This document shows, piece after piece, positions 25,218-39,329 of a DNA stretch of 64,000 bases. Within the stretch, counting starts at the first letter, position 1. Each line of letters begins with the position of its first letter. This stretch comes from Ruditapes philippinarum (Eukaryota), in the NCBI RefSeq assembly GCF_026571515.1, contig NW_026867146.1:1-64000 (forward strand), given 5' to 3'. The notes beneath the pieces are model-generated. The model was not told the origin of the DNA and did not search any database. It saw nothing but the letters and a program-made list of their open reading frames with translations. The translations under genes and the position numbers were made by a program.

Positions 25218-27070
25218 TATTTTCTTCCATTTCATACCAAGAATATGTATGATTTTTTTCTTTTAATTATTTAACGACGATGATTTTATAATGCTTAATT
25301 AAATCAAATTAAATATTTGTTCTGTTTTCTATCAACCTTGTTCAAATATGTTTATTTGGTCAAATCAATGTGTCTTTCCAATGAAAAATAAGACTGGTGA
25401 CTATTTTCTTGTCTCAATAAAACTCATTAGTAGTACTCCGTGACAAATTATAAAATAGTTTCCACAACAAGTTTTATATATCACAGGTTCTTAATAGAAC
25501 AAGTAAGATTTTGCTTTAAATAATGCATTGCTTTTTTAAAAAAATCAATATATATTTCTAGTATTCCTAACACTATAGAAGAGGACAGAAATCGAAATTG
25601 GTAGCCTAGTTTGGAGACATTTTCATTGAAAATCTGTCAGAGTTAAATCGTATATCCATTTATGAGCGTATATATTAGTAATCTTTACTCCAATTAATGT
25701 CCAACAATATTGACCTGGCACAAAGGTCACTGGATAGTGGATAAACACTTGTTCACTGGTATCTATACTAGCAAACTTATTGGTTCAGACGTTAGTGATG
25801 GGTCATGTATTGGTATAGATCCCGGCCTACCGATTCAAGCTATAAAGGTCTCTGGGTCGATTCCTACCCAACGCCAAGTTATGTGGTGATAACAAAATTG
25901 TAATTAATAATTTCCTTGCAAGAATTAATTCGAAATCGTTTTACTACATCTGGTTTAAGGACCATTTTTAAGTAGTTATTTTTATAATATACTATTATTT
26001 ATTTTATTACAAATTACAGCACGGTTGAGATACAAAAAGATTAATCTAATAGTCGATTTCACTTGAAGTGTCAGTCGTACTGGCAAAACTGGCTGTTTTA
26101 AGAGAATGGCAATTTTACAATTAAAATAAATTTAAAGCATGATTGGTTTACTGCAGAGCTTCAGATAATTTTCCAAGCATTTAGTTTTAAACTTCTTGAT
26201 TTTTTCTTTCCACTACAGATTTCAAATTCTATTAGTTTTTTTTTATAATTTTCAATACGTTTTTTTAGTTGTTTGTTGGAGGTTTACAATTAATATTTTT
26301 CATAGAATATCAAATGAGCGACTAAAATGTCTGCAATGAAAGGCTAAGTTTTCTATAACAGAAGTAAGTTTTCCTCACGGTAATGTTAAAGTCAACTCCT
26401 TCGCCCTTCCAGTGCGTTGATTCTGCCCAAGATTACATTCAATGTCATAACTCAGCCAAATCTCTATATATTCTTAGAATTTGATCTCGATCACTTAGAG
26501 TGTAGATTTATATATCCAATGACATCTTCCAAATTAAGCAATGTTAAGTATTTCGTTTTATATGAAACCCAGAAACAGCCGGTAATGTGAAATTGGACAA
26601 GATCTGTTTCACGTAAATATTGAAATGTCCACGCCTGAATCGCTAAAAAAGGCAATGTTGAAATATCAGAATTTTTAAGACCTTCGAAACAGGGGCCAAA
26701 GCTTGAACATTTCTCCCACTCTCTAAGTTATGAAGTAGTTTTAGCATGTAAATATATTTTTGTTAACAAATGCCAGGTGTGATGATCTAAACAAACCTGT
26801 TAGTGGTATACTTAATAATGACAAGCATCAAATATAAAAATTAGTTTCATTTTTCTTTTTCATTTTTATGACCATTTGGTTTAGTATTTGTTATTTGCAA
26901 GATACCTCTTTTTTGATTATGTCTTTGATATATTTTTTACTAAATGAATTTTTTGCATGATAATAACATGAACTGTATATATGTAAACTGTTTAAACTGG
27001 GACATGACACTCATAAGCTTTCATAGCTTTCTGCCCAATCCCAAATGTATTGTATAAATTTTGTTCATTA

Positions 27071-27828
27071 TGTTATAAATTGTTCTCTCTCGTAATTATT
27101 AATTTCTACTACTTCCATAATTCCACATAAAATATACACAATAACTGTTCTTAATTTCATTTCACTGTTTATTTGTTATAAAATGTTCTAAATTTCTACT
27201 CTACAATTAATAATTAAAGTTACAGAGTTTTTCTTCCTCACACATGGTTGATAAGTCACTGAGAATTAACTCTCAAAAATCCCTATCCCGACTCTAGCTC
27301 TTACAACCTCACTCTTGCATTTTGAATCTTATTCTTCAACCTTCAATCTAGAATCCTGAATCTTGACTCTAGCTCCTACAATCTTACTCTTGCATTTTGA
27401 ATCTTGTTCTTCAATCTTCAATCTAGACTACCCCTAGAAAATCTTGTCCCAGTATTTATATGAAATACTTTGACTCTCCATATTTGGAGGTTACCTTAGT
27501 GTTAATTGACAAATCTAAGCCTTCTATATTTATGACGACAAGTGTTGATCAAGTAACTGTACCAGAAACAAACAGACTGATTCCTGGAATATTTATGATG
27601 GTAACCAATGATTGAGTTCCCTAAACACAATAATTGCAGGCCTCTTGTCCATAATTTATGCAGGTACCTGTTGACAGAGTTACCATACTAACATCTCCCA
27701 GACGGGTACACAGTCTAGCCCCAACAGATTTATAGTAATAAACAATGACAACAAATGAGGTCTCAATTCTCATACAAACTCAATCATTAAATCAAACCTT
27801 AACCAGGTGCCTTGCTAAAACTACAACA
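27071..27828 (-). repeat. 3' LTR (758 bp)
   Basis: Near-identical direct repeat of 31335..32106. Confidence 0.93.
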
Positions 27829-29091
27829 CTCCCCCAACCTTAAAAAGCTTAATTGTCCCAATTAAGTTAATAACACCAAACAAAAATATAGAAATGAAAC
27901 AAAAATCAGTGACTATTCAACCAATCTTACTCCCAAAATGAATAGAAGTTTAACAATAAAACATTCTCAATTAACATATAAACACTGCATTAACTAAAAT
28001 AAGCATTATTCAAATACGAAATTCTAAGAAAATACTAAATCTACAGAAATGTTACTTCTGTTAACGACAATATTTTTTCTGACTACAATTATACATTGAA
28101 TACTCAAAACAAACTAATTAAAGTTCTCAAACAGTTATTCAACTTTTAACACCGTGTTTTAATATCAAAATGAAACTTATTTTGTCACTCAATTATATAA
28201 TATAATTGTTCTGTTGTCCTTTTTTTTTTTTTACTATTTCACAATAATATATCCTAATTCAATCTTTCACACATTGTCTATTTCTTGCACACAAAGTCCT
28301 GGTGCCTATTTATTTCAAAATAAAACACTTTAAAATCCAATTTGAATCAGAATCACACAATAATATTCCAATCGAAAATAACACCAATTAATATTCCAAA
28401 TTGAAAAGAATTACAAGTTAATATTCCAATTCAGAATGAATCACAAATTAATATTCAAATTTGAACGAATCACAAATTAATTCCGATTGCGTTTTATATC
28501 CAATATATATTTATGTAAGAACAACGTTTAAAATTCCTCTTTTTTTTCACTATTTTCTTTACACTTTCATATTATTCCAATATTAATTCCCTACACAATT
28601 CTGAATAGTCGAAAACTCCGAAATGGCTGCAAAATCTTAGAGTACCCTTATATACCCAACATGTACTCCTTTGAAATCAAAACTTAATGAAAGATATTTT
28701 ACATGATGATTCTTTATGATCTTTATGTTCTGTGCTGGTATGGTATGTGTTGAGTCCTATTCCTTTTACCTCTTCTTACTTGTTGAAAATCTGATTCAAA
28801 CGTCATCTTTGGCATTGTTTTAGTTTCTTTGATGTGTAATTCATTGCTTTGCTTGTTGATCTTCGCCATATCTGATTGCCAATTTGTCATTTAATTTCCA
28901 TGATAATGTTTCAAACTATCATGATGCATGATTTCCACATGGCCATTATCTGTCCTTGTTATCAGTGCTAACCCTGTCCATTTTGTGATCAACAGTGCAT
29001 TTTGGAGATCGTTTTAGAAATGAACATGTCTTGCATTGCTTTATATGAATTTCAACACTGTGTCTTAGCTTAAACCAATAAAACTTGCATT

Positions 29092-30234
29092 TTATTTTAA
29101 CAAAGTTTTTGTAATTCCCAAATGAGCGCCAGTAACTGAGTCATGTGTAGATACCAAAATCTCTTTTTGTAAAACCTTTGGAACAATAAGAATCAAAGCG
29201 TCCTCTCTTGTGTTGAGAATACTGTTACATTTTATAAACAGCACTCCATCTTTCATCACTAGCAAGTCATAGTTAAACCAGTAGTTCCTTATGTTTGGAG
29301 AATATCTAGCTACCTTGTCCCTGGAGGGTCGTTTGTTTTCAATAACCCATGTTATAACAACTTCTAAATCTGGGTCTGCTCTCTGTAGTTTTGCAATTCT
29401 GACAGGTGAATTACAAGTAATGTTGAACTGCATAAGACAACCCAAGTTAGATGCCTGAGCTTCATTTACTGATGAAACAACTTCGCCACCTAGTATGGAA
29501 TTTACGTCCTTGTCAACCACTTGTTTGCTTCCAGTAACCCACAATGTCCCAAAACCTAAATCAAGGTCTGCTCTCTGTAATTTTGCCATTCTCATAGGTG
29601 AATAATTAATAGTGTTGAACCCCTTAAGACAACCCAAGTTAGATGCCTGAGCTTCATTTTCTGATGAAACAACTTCGCCACCTAGTATGGAATTTACGTC
29701 TTTGTCAACCACTTGTGTATTAATTTCACTGATGTTGAGATTGCTTCCACTTCTTCGACCATGCGAATGTAGACTTTCACAGAAATGAAGTCGACCAATG
29801 TGATATCGAAAATACTTCCTTGTCCTATTCATTCCATGGAAAAGTGATCTTAAACAACTCAATAATCTGATAACTTGTAGCTGCATGAACAAGAAAACAT
29901 TACAGTCATTTTGAGGTTTCACTCCTAACACAACAGGTTTGATACTTTTCCCTTTACCTATGTTCTCATCGAACAAGGGAACAACATTATCAAATTCGGC
30001 AAAATCTGACCAAGACTCATGTTTCTTCATACAGGTTACACATCCTTTGCAAGGTAATTCTTCCAAAATTGTTTTTCCATCATAACAACTACACTCTTCT
30101 TGTTCACATGACATTCTAGAGAGACTGTCAAGATTTGCTTGTTTTCTCCCACTTCTATGTTCAATCCTAAAATTTAACTGTGACAAAACTTCTAAACAGC
30201 GAGCCATTTGACCTGTCGGCGACTTGAACAACAT
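29092..30234 (-). pseudogene. pol: Gypsy pol remnant: RNase H C-terminus, spacer and start of the integrase zinc-binding domain
   Basis: GQMARCLEVLSQLNFRIEHRSGRKQANLDSLSR and LIVPKVLQKEILVSTHDSVTGAHLGITKT; FYW..CKTC continues past a stop codon; no RT domain or integrase core seen. Confidence 0.85.
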
Positions 30235-31334
30235 TTAACATCGCAGACTTGAACAAAATGTCCTTAAAAGAAATTCTCTTTCTAAAAGGTAGGGTCTATA
30301 CTGAGTGATAAAAGTAACGACATCCAAAAGTTCTCCCCCAGTTGCACAGTACAGTCTTTGAGTTTGATAAAAGACTTAATTGCAAACGTAAAAGGTTTCA
30401 CAACATTAACTTAAATTTCGCTTCCTGATGATCCCTTTTAACTTACTGCTCCATTTAGTGAAATCATATTTAATATTATCATATATTTTACTAGATAATT
30501 TGCAGTCATCAATTTTCACTTTCTCTTTCAATAAATCTAATTGATTTCATTCATGCAAATATCCAAATAATGACCCCTTGGTCAATTTTACATTTCTATC
30601 AAAAGTTAACTAATCTAATGGGAATTGAATTGCCTTGAACTTCCCTATGGGATACTAGCACACTTCCCATAAACACTTTATCTTCTGGCTATTTATTTTC
30701 CGAAATGCAGGAGATGCCTAATGATGAGTTAATTGTTCCAAGATTTATTGCCTTACCAGGTTTAACAATGTTTGAATTTACTTGAATTGATACCTTTGAC
30801 CATGTTATAATTTTCACAAATCTTAATGGCACCTTCTCCACAATTTCTTTTTTCATTTACCCTCATTTAATTCCAATCGAGCAATAAATTAAAAATTATT
30901 TTTCATTTAAAGTCTTATCCTATTAATCTATCTTCATGAATATGTGCAATGAAAACAGTGAACTTAAAAGTCTGACAAAAATTCACAATGACCAACTATA
31001 ATTAATAATCCATCTATGTCACTAATCCTCTGTAGATAATGATTCACAATTTTATCTCTCTATACCATGGCTTCTTGTTCTGTTTTTCTAATAGCTACTT
31101 CTAATTTTCTGTTTTCTTCTTCTGCAATTCTCAGTTTTTCATGTAATAACTCAGTTTCTGATAAAACATCACCGAATTGTTCTTCCACAATAATTGAAGC
31201 TGCACCGGTTTGTTTCTTTGATCCCATTCTATTAATTTTATAATGTAGAGTTCAAATGAATGTCTCTTCAGATAGTCACTTTAAAATCTTTTCTAAACGT
31301 GTTAAAGTCCAAAAATCCCGTCCGCTGCCACCAG

Positions 31335-32106
31335 TGTTATAAATTCTTCTCTCTCGTAATTTATAATTTCTACTACTTCCATAATTCCACATAAAATATA
31401 CACAATAACTGTTCTTAATTTCATTTCACTGTTTATTTGTTATAAAATGTTCTAAATTTCTACTCTACAATTAATAATTAAAGTTACAGAGTTTTTCTTC
31501 CTCACACATGGTTGATAAGTCACTGAGAATTAACTCTCAAAAATCCCTATCCCGACTCTAGCTCTTACAATCTCACTCTTGCATTTTGAATCTTATTCTT
31601 CAACCTTCAATCTAGAATCCTGAATCTTGACTCTAGCTCTTACAATCTTACTCTTGCATTTTGAATCTTGTTCTTCAATCTTCAATCTAGACTCTTGAAT
31701 ATTGACTGCCCCCAGAAAATCTTGTCCCAGTATTTATATGAAATACCTAGTCTCTCCATATTTGGAGGTTACCTTAGTGTTAATTGACAAATTTAAGCCT
31801 TCTATATTTATGACGACAAGTGTTGATCAAGTAACTGTACCAGAAACAAACAGACTGATCCCTGGAATATTTATGATGGTAACCAATGATTGAGTTCCCT
31901 AAACACAACAATTGCAGGCCTCTTGTCCATAATTTATGCAGGTACCTGTTGACAGAGTTACCATACTAACATCTCCCAGACGGGTACACAGTCTAGCCCC
32001 AACAGATTTATAGTAATAAACAATGACAACAAATGAGGTCTCAATTCTCATACAAACTCAATCATTAAATCAAACCTTAACCAGGTGCCTTGCTAAAACT
32101 ACAACA
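31335..32106 (-). repeat. 5' LTR (772 bp)
   Basis: Near-identical direct repeat of 27071..27828; the PBS lies immediately internal (31322-31333). Confidence 0.93.
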
Positions 32107-32139
32107 ATTATAACATAAATATATCGAATAAAATAGGTT

Positions 32140-32550
32140 TAACCAAATATAAAATGCTTTAAGTTGCAATGTTTTGGAACCATTTGAAAATCGTAAATAG
32201 CGCTGAACGCAAGGAAAATGTTTTATAGCGCTTCATGCTAGGAAAAACTTTGATACCGTTTCATGCTAGGAAAATCGTTAATAGCGCTACATAGTAGAAA
32301 AACTTTATTATCGCTTCATTTTAGAAAAAACTTCAAGAGCGCTTCATGGTAGGAAAATCTTTTATAGTGCTTCAAGCTAGAAGATATGTTAATAGCGCGT
32401 CGTGCTCAGAACATCTCAGACAAGTTTCATCCGATTTTGGTCCAGTGGTTACAACAGAAATATTTGTAGAAGACAGAAGGACGGACTGACAAAAAGACGA
32501 CGATCAGAAGTCCTCGCCATTAGCACTGTGTGCACAGGTAAACTAAAAAC
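32140..32550 (+). mobile_element. Helentron/HINE-like remnant with ~30-bp tandem repeats upstream of gene E (homologues at ~15.3-15.67, 38.6-38.97 and 47.95-48.3 kb)
   Basis: aatagcgcttcatgctaggaaaa-like repeats, gacgg/gacag microsatellite and a terminal hairpin-like gcactgtgtgcacaggtaaactaaaa. Confidence 0.5.
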
Positions 32551-32926
32551 GCTTAAACACCATCACTGTGCTGTATTTAATTTAGTTTATACTGCCACTG
32601 GACTACTTTAATGATTTGCGAAGTTCATTGTATTGTTTATCTAATCTTCATATTTATGATTGAATAATACACTTTGATAACTATAACTCATAAATGCCGT
32701 CGCACTCTAGGCTCTTAACACTGCAGCTTCGCAATCGTAACTTTTCAGTCCTTCTGTCAGTCTTCGTAAGGTTATTATCACAGATTATAGCCGAAGATGT
32801 TCCGATTTTATCACAGATAATAGCCGAAGATGTTCCGATTGTGTCAATGTGTCGTATAAAAAGAGGGAGTGATTTTTATACTTTGGGATTATTCAATTCA
32901 GTTTGATAAACATTTAAAGAGCTATC

Positions 32927-34722
32927 ATGCCGAGTTATATCGTGTTTGACGTTAAGACAAGAAAAGTAATTATAATATGTACGGTTATAGGATTTCTTAT
33001 GTTTGCAATAGGAATTGGAATCGGGTACGCTTCACGAAAAGGTTCGTCAAATACGGAGTCACCAACTGCAAGCGTTGCCAAGTCAATCCGTGCTACGTGT
33101 AGTGGTCCAGCGGCCCAGACGCCCTCTGGAAAACTTTTCTTCGACCGATTTGTGCAAAGACACAATGAAAAGTATGCATGTGTTAAAACAAAGGAAGAAT
33201 GTTGGAACTTGGGATTGCCCAGAAATTATATCGCTTACCACTTGAATGGCAAAACAATCACGATTGATGGGAAATTAGACGATGATGCTTGGAAAGAGGT
33301 TAGAAACAATATTTCACCTACTTGTACATGTGAAGGGAATGGAAGCATATACATAAATGATTAAATTTTATTTTTATTATTTATAAGATCTAATCACGTT
33401 GTGAAGGAAACTACTTATGTATCTTCTGTATAGAAATTGTATCCAAATGTAAGCTTGTTAAAATCTTACAGTGAATAGTACATTTTAATAAGAAAGTACG
33501 ATAAGCCCTATGGTATACACAACGGTGTCAAATATCAGTGAGACCGGTGTACATGTTGCGATCAGCCCACTTTAATATACGTTGCACAAGTGGTGGAAGA
33601 AATTAGGGAAAAACCTTTCGAGCCAAAAACATATTCATTTATGTCTTGCTCGCTTGGAATTCAAAAGTAATTTAGTAACGAGTATAATTTTATTAACAAT
33701 CTAAGATTTTTTATTTTTTGTATATGCATTTTAAATATATATGATAACATATTTGGTGGGTCGTCTTATTTTTACAGGTGCCATGGAGCGCAACTTTCGT
33801 TGACATGCGCAGTTCAGTTTATCCAAAACCATATCTAGATACGAAGTTCAAAATACGATGGGACGATGAAAGAATGTATGTAGGTGTTTATGTACAAGAA
33901 AAGAACTTATGGGCGACACTTACCACACAAGACGCGGCGATCTTTAAAGAAAATGACGTCGAATTTCTTATGGACGTGGATGGGTCTTTGTTCAATTTCA
34001 AACAAATGCAAATTAACGTCTTGGGTACAATGATGGATCAACTGTTCTATAAATCTCCCGGGGATGATGTGCAGGTAAAGTTCAAAGACTGGCATCCTGA
34101 CGTAAGGAAAGCAGTTTACGCAGACGGTACTGTAAATACACCAGGTGACGAAGACAAATACTGGAGTATTGAAGTCTCGCTTTCGTTTGCGAAACTTGCC
34201 GAAAGGTCACAGCGCACGCAGCCAAATCCCGTCGAGAACGAGGCTTGGTTTATACAATTTGGAAGATCTGAACAAAATTTGACAGTTGAGAATGGGCACT
34301 ACAAAAAAGTTCCAGAATCTAAAACGCAGTGGTGGTCATGGCAACAATGTGACACCATTAATTTACTTTTACAAGACCGCTGGGGTTTGGTGCAGTTCAA
34401 GAAAAACTTGTCAGACAAGAAGTTTCGTTTTGATAGATGGCATATTTACAAAGCCTTGTTTGATATGAGGGATGCTATGAAGAAATTTCAATCTATTAAT
34501 GGGATAAGCACAACTAACATAGAGGAGCTGGATGTGCCGCCATATTTATTGTCAGGAACTTGCGTTGAAGTTCCCAAAATAAAGTATACTTACAGAAATA
34601 ATGTAACAGCATTCAACCCGGTTACAAATCCTATAACAGGTTTTGTGGTAACCGTGAAGTCGAAGTTGATTTCACATAAACCGGCACACATCCGGTCCGA
34701 TAGATATGTCACATTCCAGTAA
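32927..34722 (+). CDS. Gene E, type II membrane CBM9-like protein, 438 aa (exon 1 32927..33298, exon 2 33778..34722)
   Basis: Same splice sites and phase; open frame; 2-codon deletion in the variable loop. Confidence 0.9.
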
Positions 34723-37382
34723 CTCTAAACCAACATACCAATCGCAACTTTTAGGGCTTTTCTGTCAGACATTGGATAAGGATTATTATAATAGCCGGCT
34801 TTTTTTCGATTGCCAACATTAAGCAGAGATGATCGACAATTTCGATAAAGACGAATTTCATGTTTCTATATCTTACTGCCAGTATATAATTCTGCAGTAA
34901 GAAAATTCCCGATATATAAATATTATAGCTATAACTACATGTACCACGTTTTTTCATAAATATTTTAATAAGTCTGGGCTTATCCGTTCCTTTGTAAAAA
35001 TAGTTTAATTTGGGGTTCCTTCAAATACGGTTCATTATTCATTTTTCTATGCTCACCATCTTTAGAAAGTAGTATAAAATTATTTGCCATAAAAGTAGCA
35101 AATAAAAGTAGTATTTCAACTTCCATACCAATCATTAAATCACTATATTTTGTACTAATTTCCAAATGGCAACAGAGGCAAAAGATGGCTTATGTTATTG
35201 GCCAATGAGTATCGTTTTGAAAACTATAAAGAACATTCAGAGTAAACATGCTTTTTAAAGCTTTTGAGAAATAGAAAAAAAACATTTCGTGGGCATAATG
35301 TGCCTATATGCGACATTGCAACAGTGTGAAACTAGATGTCAGTATGTCGCCTGCAAGGCGCGTTTTTTTAATTGTACAATTCAACCTTTAAATCGGACCC
35401 ATTTGTAAGATGAAGGTTTTTGGTAGTGTTTAAAAGTTGTTGCGCTTGAACCTGAAAAGGGTATTGCTTAGCAGAGGGTCTTTCTGTAGAGGTTGAACTA
35501 TATTTAACATGCACTGCTTTCACAACTAAACTTGTATTATATCTTTATATCATACATAAAAAGCATGTGTGAGTGTAACCGTTGTTGCTTCATTTTATTA
35601 TTTTTTATTTTTCTTTTCTTTTTTTTTCTTTCTTTTTTTGAAAATAAAAACCCTTTCTGATTCCTTATGTGAGGGAACTTTACAGCTAGCTAACAGATTA
35701 TCTGTGGTTCTACTCAGATGCCCGTTTGTGTCTGATATGGATTAATCACATTTTGGCGATCTGTTTAAATGAGAGCCCTCGAACAAATAAGACCCTGATC
35801 CCCAAACTTGTTCCACCATTTTCTTTTAACATAAGTCATGCTGTCTCAATCATAAATTTTAGTTTATTTCCACTTTAAAAGTTGAATCACCATAAATTTT
35901 AATTAACAAAGAAATGGTATACTGAAGCAAAAACTAAACTACACAATTGACTTTATTTGAGTATGATGCAATTCTTGTACAGGTAAAAGAAAGAACATAG
36001 GGGGGTTGCCCCCTTGCCGAGTGTTTTGATGTTCTTTCTGTAGAATATAAGGCAAAATTAAAATACGTTCACTGCTATCACTATTTAAATTTCCAGAAGT
36101 AACGAGCATCGTTATTCCTTCTCCTACGTCACATTATGTAAACCCCCAAAAAATGAGCCAATCAATAAGCAAGTTCTACAAGTGAACGCACTCTGCATGT
36201 ATGTATACATACGATTTAACTCTGGCACATTTTCAACAAAACGGTGTCCACACTATGAAACTATATACTAGTGTAGCACTACTCAGTCGACTGTGTTTAT
36301 TTGAGTATAATTCAAATATTCAACCAAATGCATTTTAAGCCAATATATTTGAAGAAAAGAATTTAGGAAAAGTAAAGAGTCAAGATTCAAGTAATAATTA
36401 ATATGCTAACTGCGATAAATGGCCGATTTGACTGTATTAAATAAAGTGTATTTATAACGAACATTCTGCGTTACATTTTCTTTAAAAAGAAGTGTAATGA
36501 AAATTCGCTTGAATCTTGAAGCATTCTGCTAAACAGACAACATATCAAACAATAATAGTTATTGAAATCGTGGACCAAGTTGTCTCGTATCTAAAAAAGA
36601 GCGTTCCAATTATATGAAAAGATTCAGAATTAGTTAACTTACCATTATTCAAAAGATATATAAGACAAAATAAGCGCACGTGAGCTGTCGCAAGAAAGAG
36701 ATCAGTATACCGAAAACACAGATTTGGTGAACTTTTTGTTAACAAGATGAATTCGTTATATACTTGAAACATGCCTAGATCCCTGACCTGTCTTATTCTA
36801 ATTATCAGATTAGTGGATACAACTCAACATTTTTGATAACAAAAGAGCGCAAGTCAATGTTTTTGGTTAAATATATTGTTATTTAAATTCAAGGTCGCTG
36901 ATTTGGAACACTTTTGATCGTCGTATTTTCACATCGACAGCACGACAAAGCGCCAAGCAGTGCGGTGTCTGACTTTCGTCTTGTCGTCCTGTCGATAACT
37001 ATACGCCCTCGTGATATAATTCCTCGCATCCAAACTTCTAACAGTGAATTTATTGAGCGATAAAATCACTGTTTGGGATATATTATTTCTTAAATAACAT
37101 ACAGTCTTAATTATATATTTTTAAATACAGAAATAAGCGGACACGGAGATGTTGATCGCTTACTTCTATGTTTACTACGCACGGTGACAAGTATTTTTAA
37201 ATATCATCTCACGAAACATCAAATATATGTTATAAAAAAATGAAGAATTGTTTGATAATGCATGTCGGACTTAATATGACATTGTGTCATATATTTTTTC
37301 CCTTTGTTACATTCCCACCATACATGTGTTAAAAAATAATATTTCAATTACTATATGTATTTTCTTCCATTTCATACCAAGA

Positions 37383-37390
<8 letters not shown>

Positions 37391-37432
<42 letters not shown>
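37391..37432. repeat. (GT)n microsatellite
   Basis: ~21 GT units. Confidence 0.95.
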
Positions 37433-37434
<2 letters not shown>

Positions 37435-39329
37435 CTTTTAATTGTTTAACGACGATGATCTTGTAATGCTTAATTAAGTAAAATAAAATATTTATTCTTT
37501 TCTGCTCTGTATCAACTTTGTTCAAATGTGGTTATTTGGTCTTTTCAATGTATCTTTCAATAAATAAAGCTGATGACTGTTTTTCTAGTCTCAATAAAAT
37601 TCATTGGTAGTACTCCGTGACAAATTATAAAATAGTTTCCACAACAAATTTTAGTCAGACTCTTAAAACTCTGTGACAAGTAAGTTTTTTAGTTTGCTTT
37701 AAATAATGCATTGCATTTTTATCTCAATATCTTGTATTTCTAACACTTTAGAAGAGAACAGTAAGCGAAATTTGTATCCTAGTTTGGAGACATCTTCATT
37801 GAAAATGTGTCAGAGTTCAATCGTATACCCATTTATGAGTGCATATATTAGTAACCTTTACTCCAGTTATTGTCCATCAATATTGACCTGACAAAGGTCA
37901 CTGGATAAACACTTGTACACTGGTGGTATCTATACTAGCAAATTTATTTGTTCAGACGTTAGTGATGTGTGATGCATTGGTATAGATCCCAGCCTACATA
38001 TATAAAAGTCTCTGGGTCGATTCCTACCCAAAGCATCTCCCGGGGATCGAACCCACGCCAGAGAAGTAACTTGATTAGAATTCATCGACTCTAAGCCCTC
38101 GACCACGGAGGCGGTTTATGAACCGCTAAAAAGAGGCAATGTTGAAATATCAGAATTTTTAAGACTTTCAAAACAGGGGTCAAAGCTTGAACGTTTCTCC
38201 CACTCTCTAAGTTATGAAGTAGTTTAAGCATTCAAATATTTTGCTGCTAACAAATACCAGGTGTGATAATCTAAACAAACCTGTTAGTGGTCTAGTTAAA
38301 AATGACAAGCATCAAATATAAAAATGTGTTTCATTTTTCTTTTGCATATTTTTTCATGACCATTTGGTTGAGTATTTGTTAATTGTAAAATACATGTTTT
38401 TTGAAAATGTCTTTGATATATTTTCTCTACTAAATGAATTTTGTGCATGTTAATGCCATGAACTGTGTATATGTAAACTGTTTAAACTGGGACAGGAAAC
38501 TCATAAGCTTTCATAGCTTTTTGCCCAATCGCAAATGTATTGTATGAATATTGTTCATTATGATATAAATATATCGAATAAAATATGTTTAAACCAAATA
38601 TAAAAATGCTTTAAGTCGCAAGGTTTTGGTACCATTTGAAAAATGTAAATAGCGCTGAACGCAAGGAAAATGTTTAATAGCGCTTCTTGCTAGGAAATAC
38701 TTTGATACCGTTTCATGCTAGGAAAATCGTTAATAGCACTTCATAATAGGAAAAACTTTATTATCGCTTCATGCTAGAAAAAACTTCAAGAGCGCTTCAT
38801 GGTAGGAAAATCTTTTATAGCGCTACATGCTAGGAAGTATGTTAATAGTTATACATGATAGGAAAATCTTTAATAGCGCGTCATGCTAGAGACATCTCAG
38901 ACAAGTTTCTTCCGATTTGGTCCAGTGGTTACAACAGAAACATCTGTAGAATACAGAAGGACGGACATACCCAATGAACACCATCACTGTCCTGTATTTT
39001 ATTTAGTTTATACTGCCACAGGATTCACTTTAAATGATTTGCGAAGTTCATTGTATTGTTTGTCTAATCTTCATATTTATGATTGAATAATACCCTAGAT
39101 AACTATAACTCATAAAGGCCGTCGCACTATAGGCTCTAAACACTTCAGCTACGTAATTATCGCTGTGCAATCGTAACCTTTCAGCCCTTCCGTCAGTCTT
39201 CGTTAGGTTATTATTACAGAAAATCGGCAAAGACGTTCCGATTGTGTCAATGTGTCGTATAAAAAGAGGGAGTGATATTTATAATTGGGGATTATTCAAT
39301 TCAGTTTGATAGAAATATAAAGAGCTATC

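Larger units (their letters stand above)
27071..32106 (-). mobile_element. Ty3/gypsy-type LTR retrotransposon, internally deleted and degenerate
   Basis: Two TG..CA LTRs, ATTA 4-bp TSD (27067-70, 32107-10), PBS TGGTGGCAGCGG (tRNA-Leu-like 3' end) beside the 5' LTR, PPT ggttgggggag before the 3' LTR; empty site ttgttcATTAtgat at ~38557. Confidence 0.93.

Noticed and set aside
31702-31893. 63-aa ORF inside the LTR
   Set aside because: Non-ATG start, antisense to the element, and the start region differs in the other LTR.
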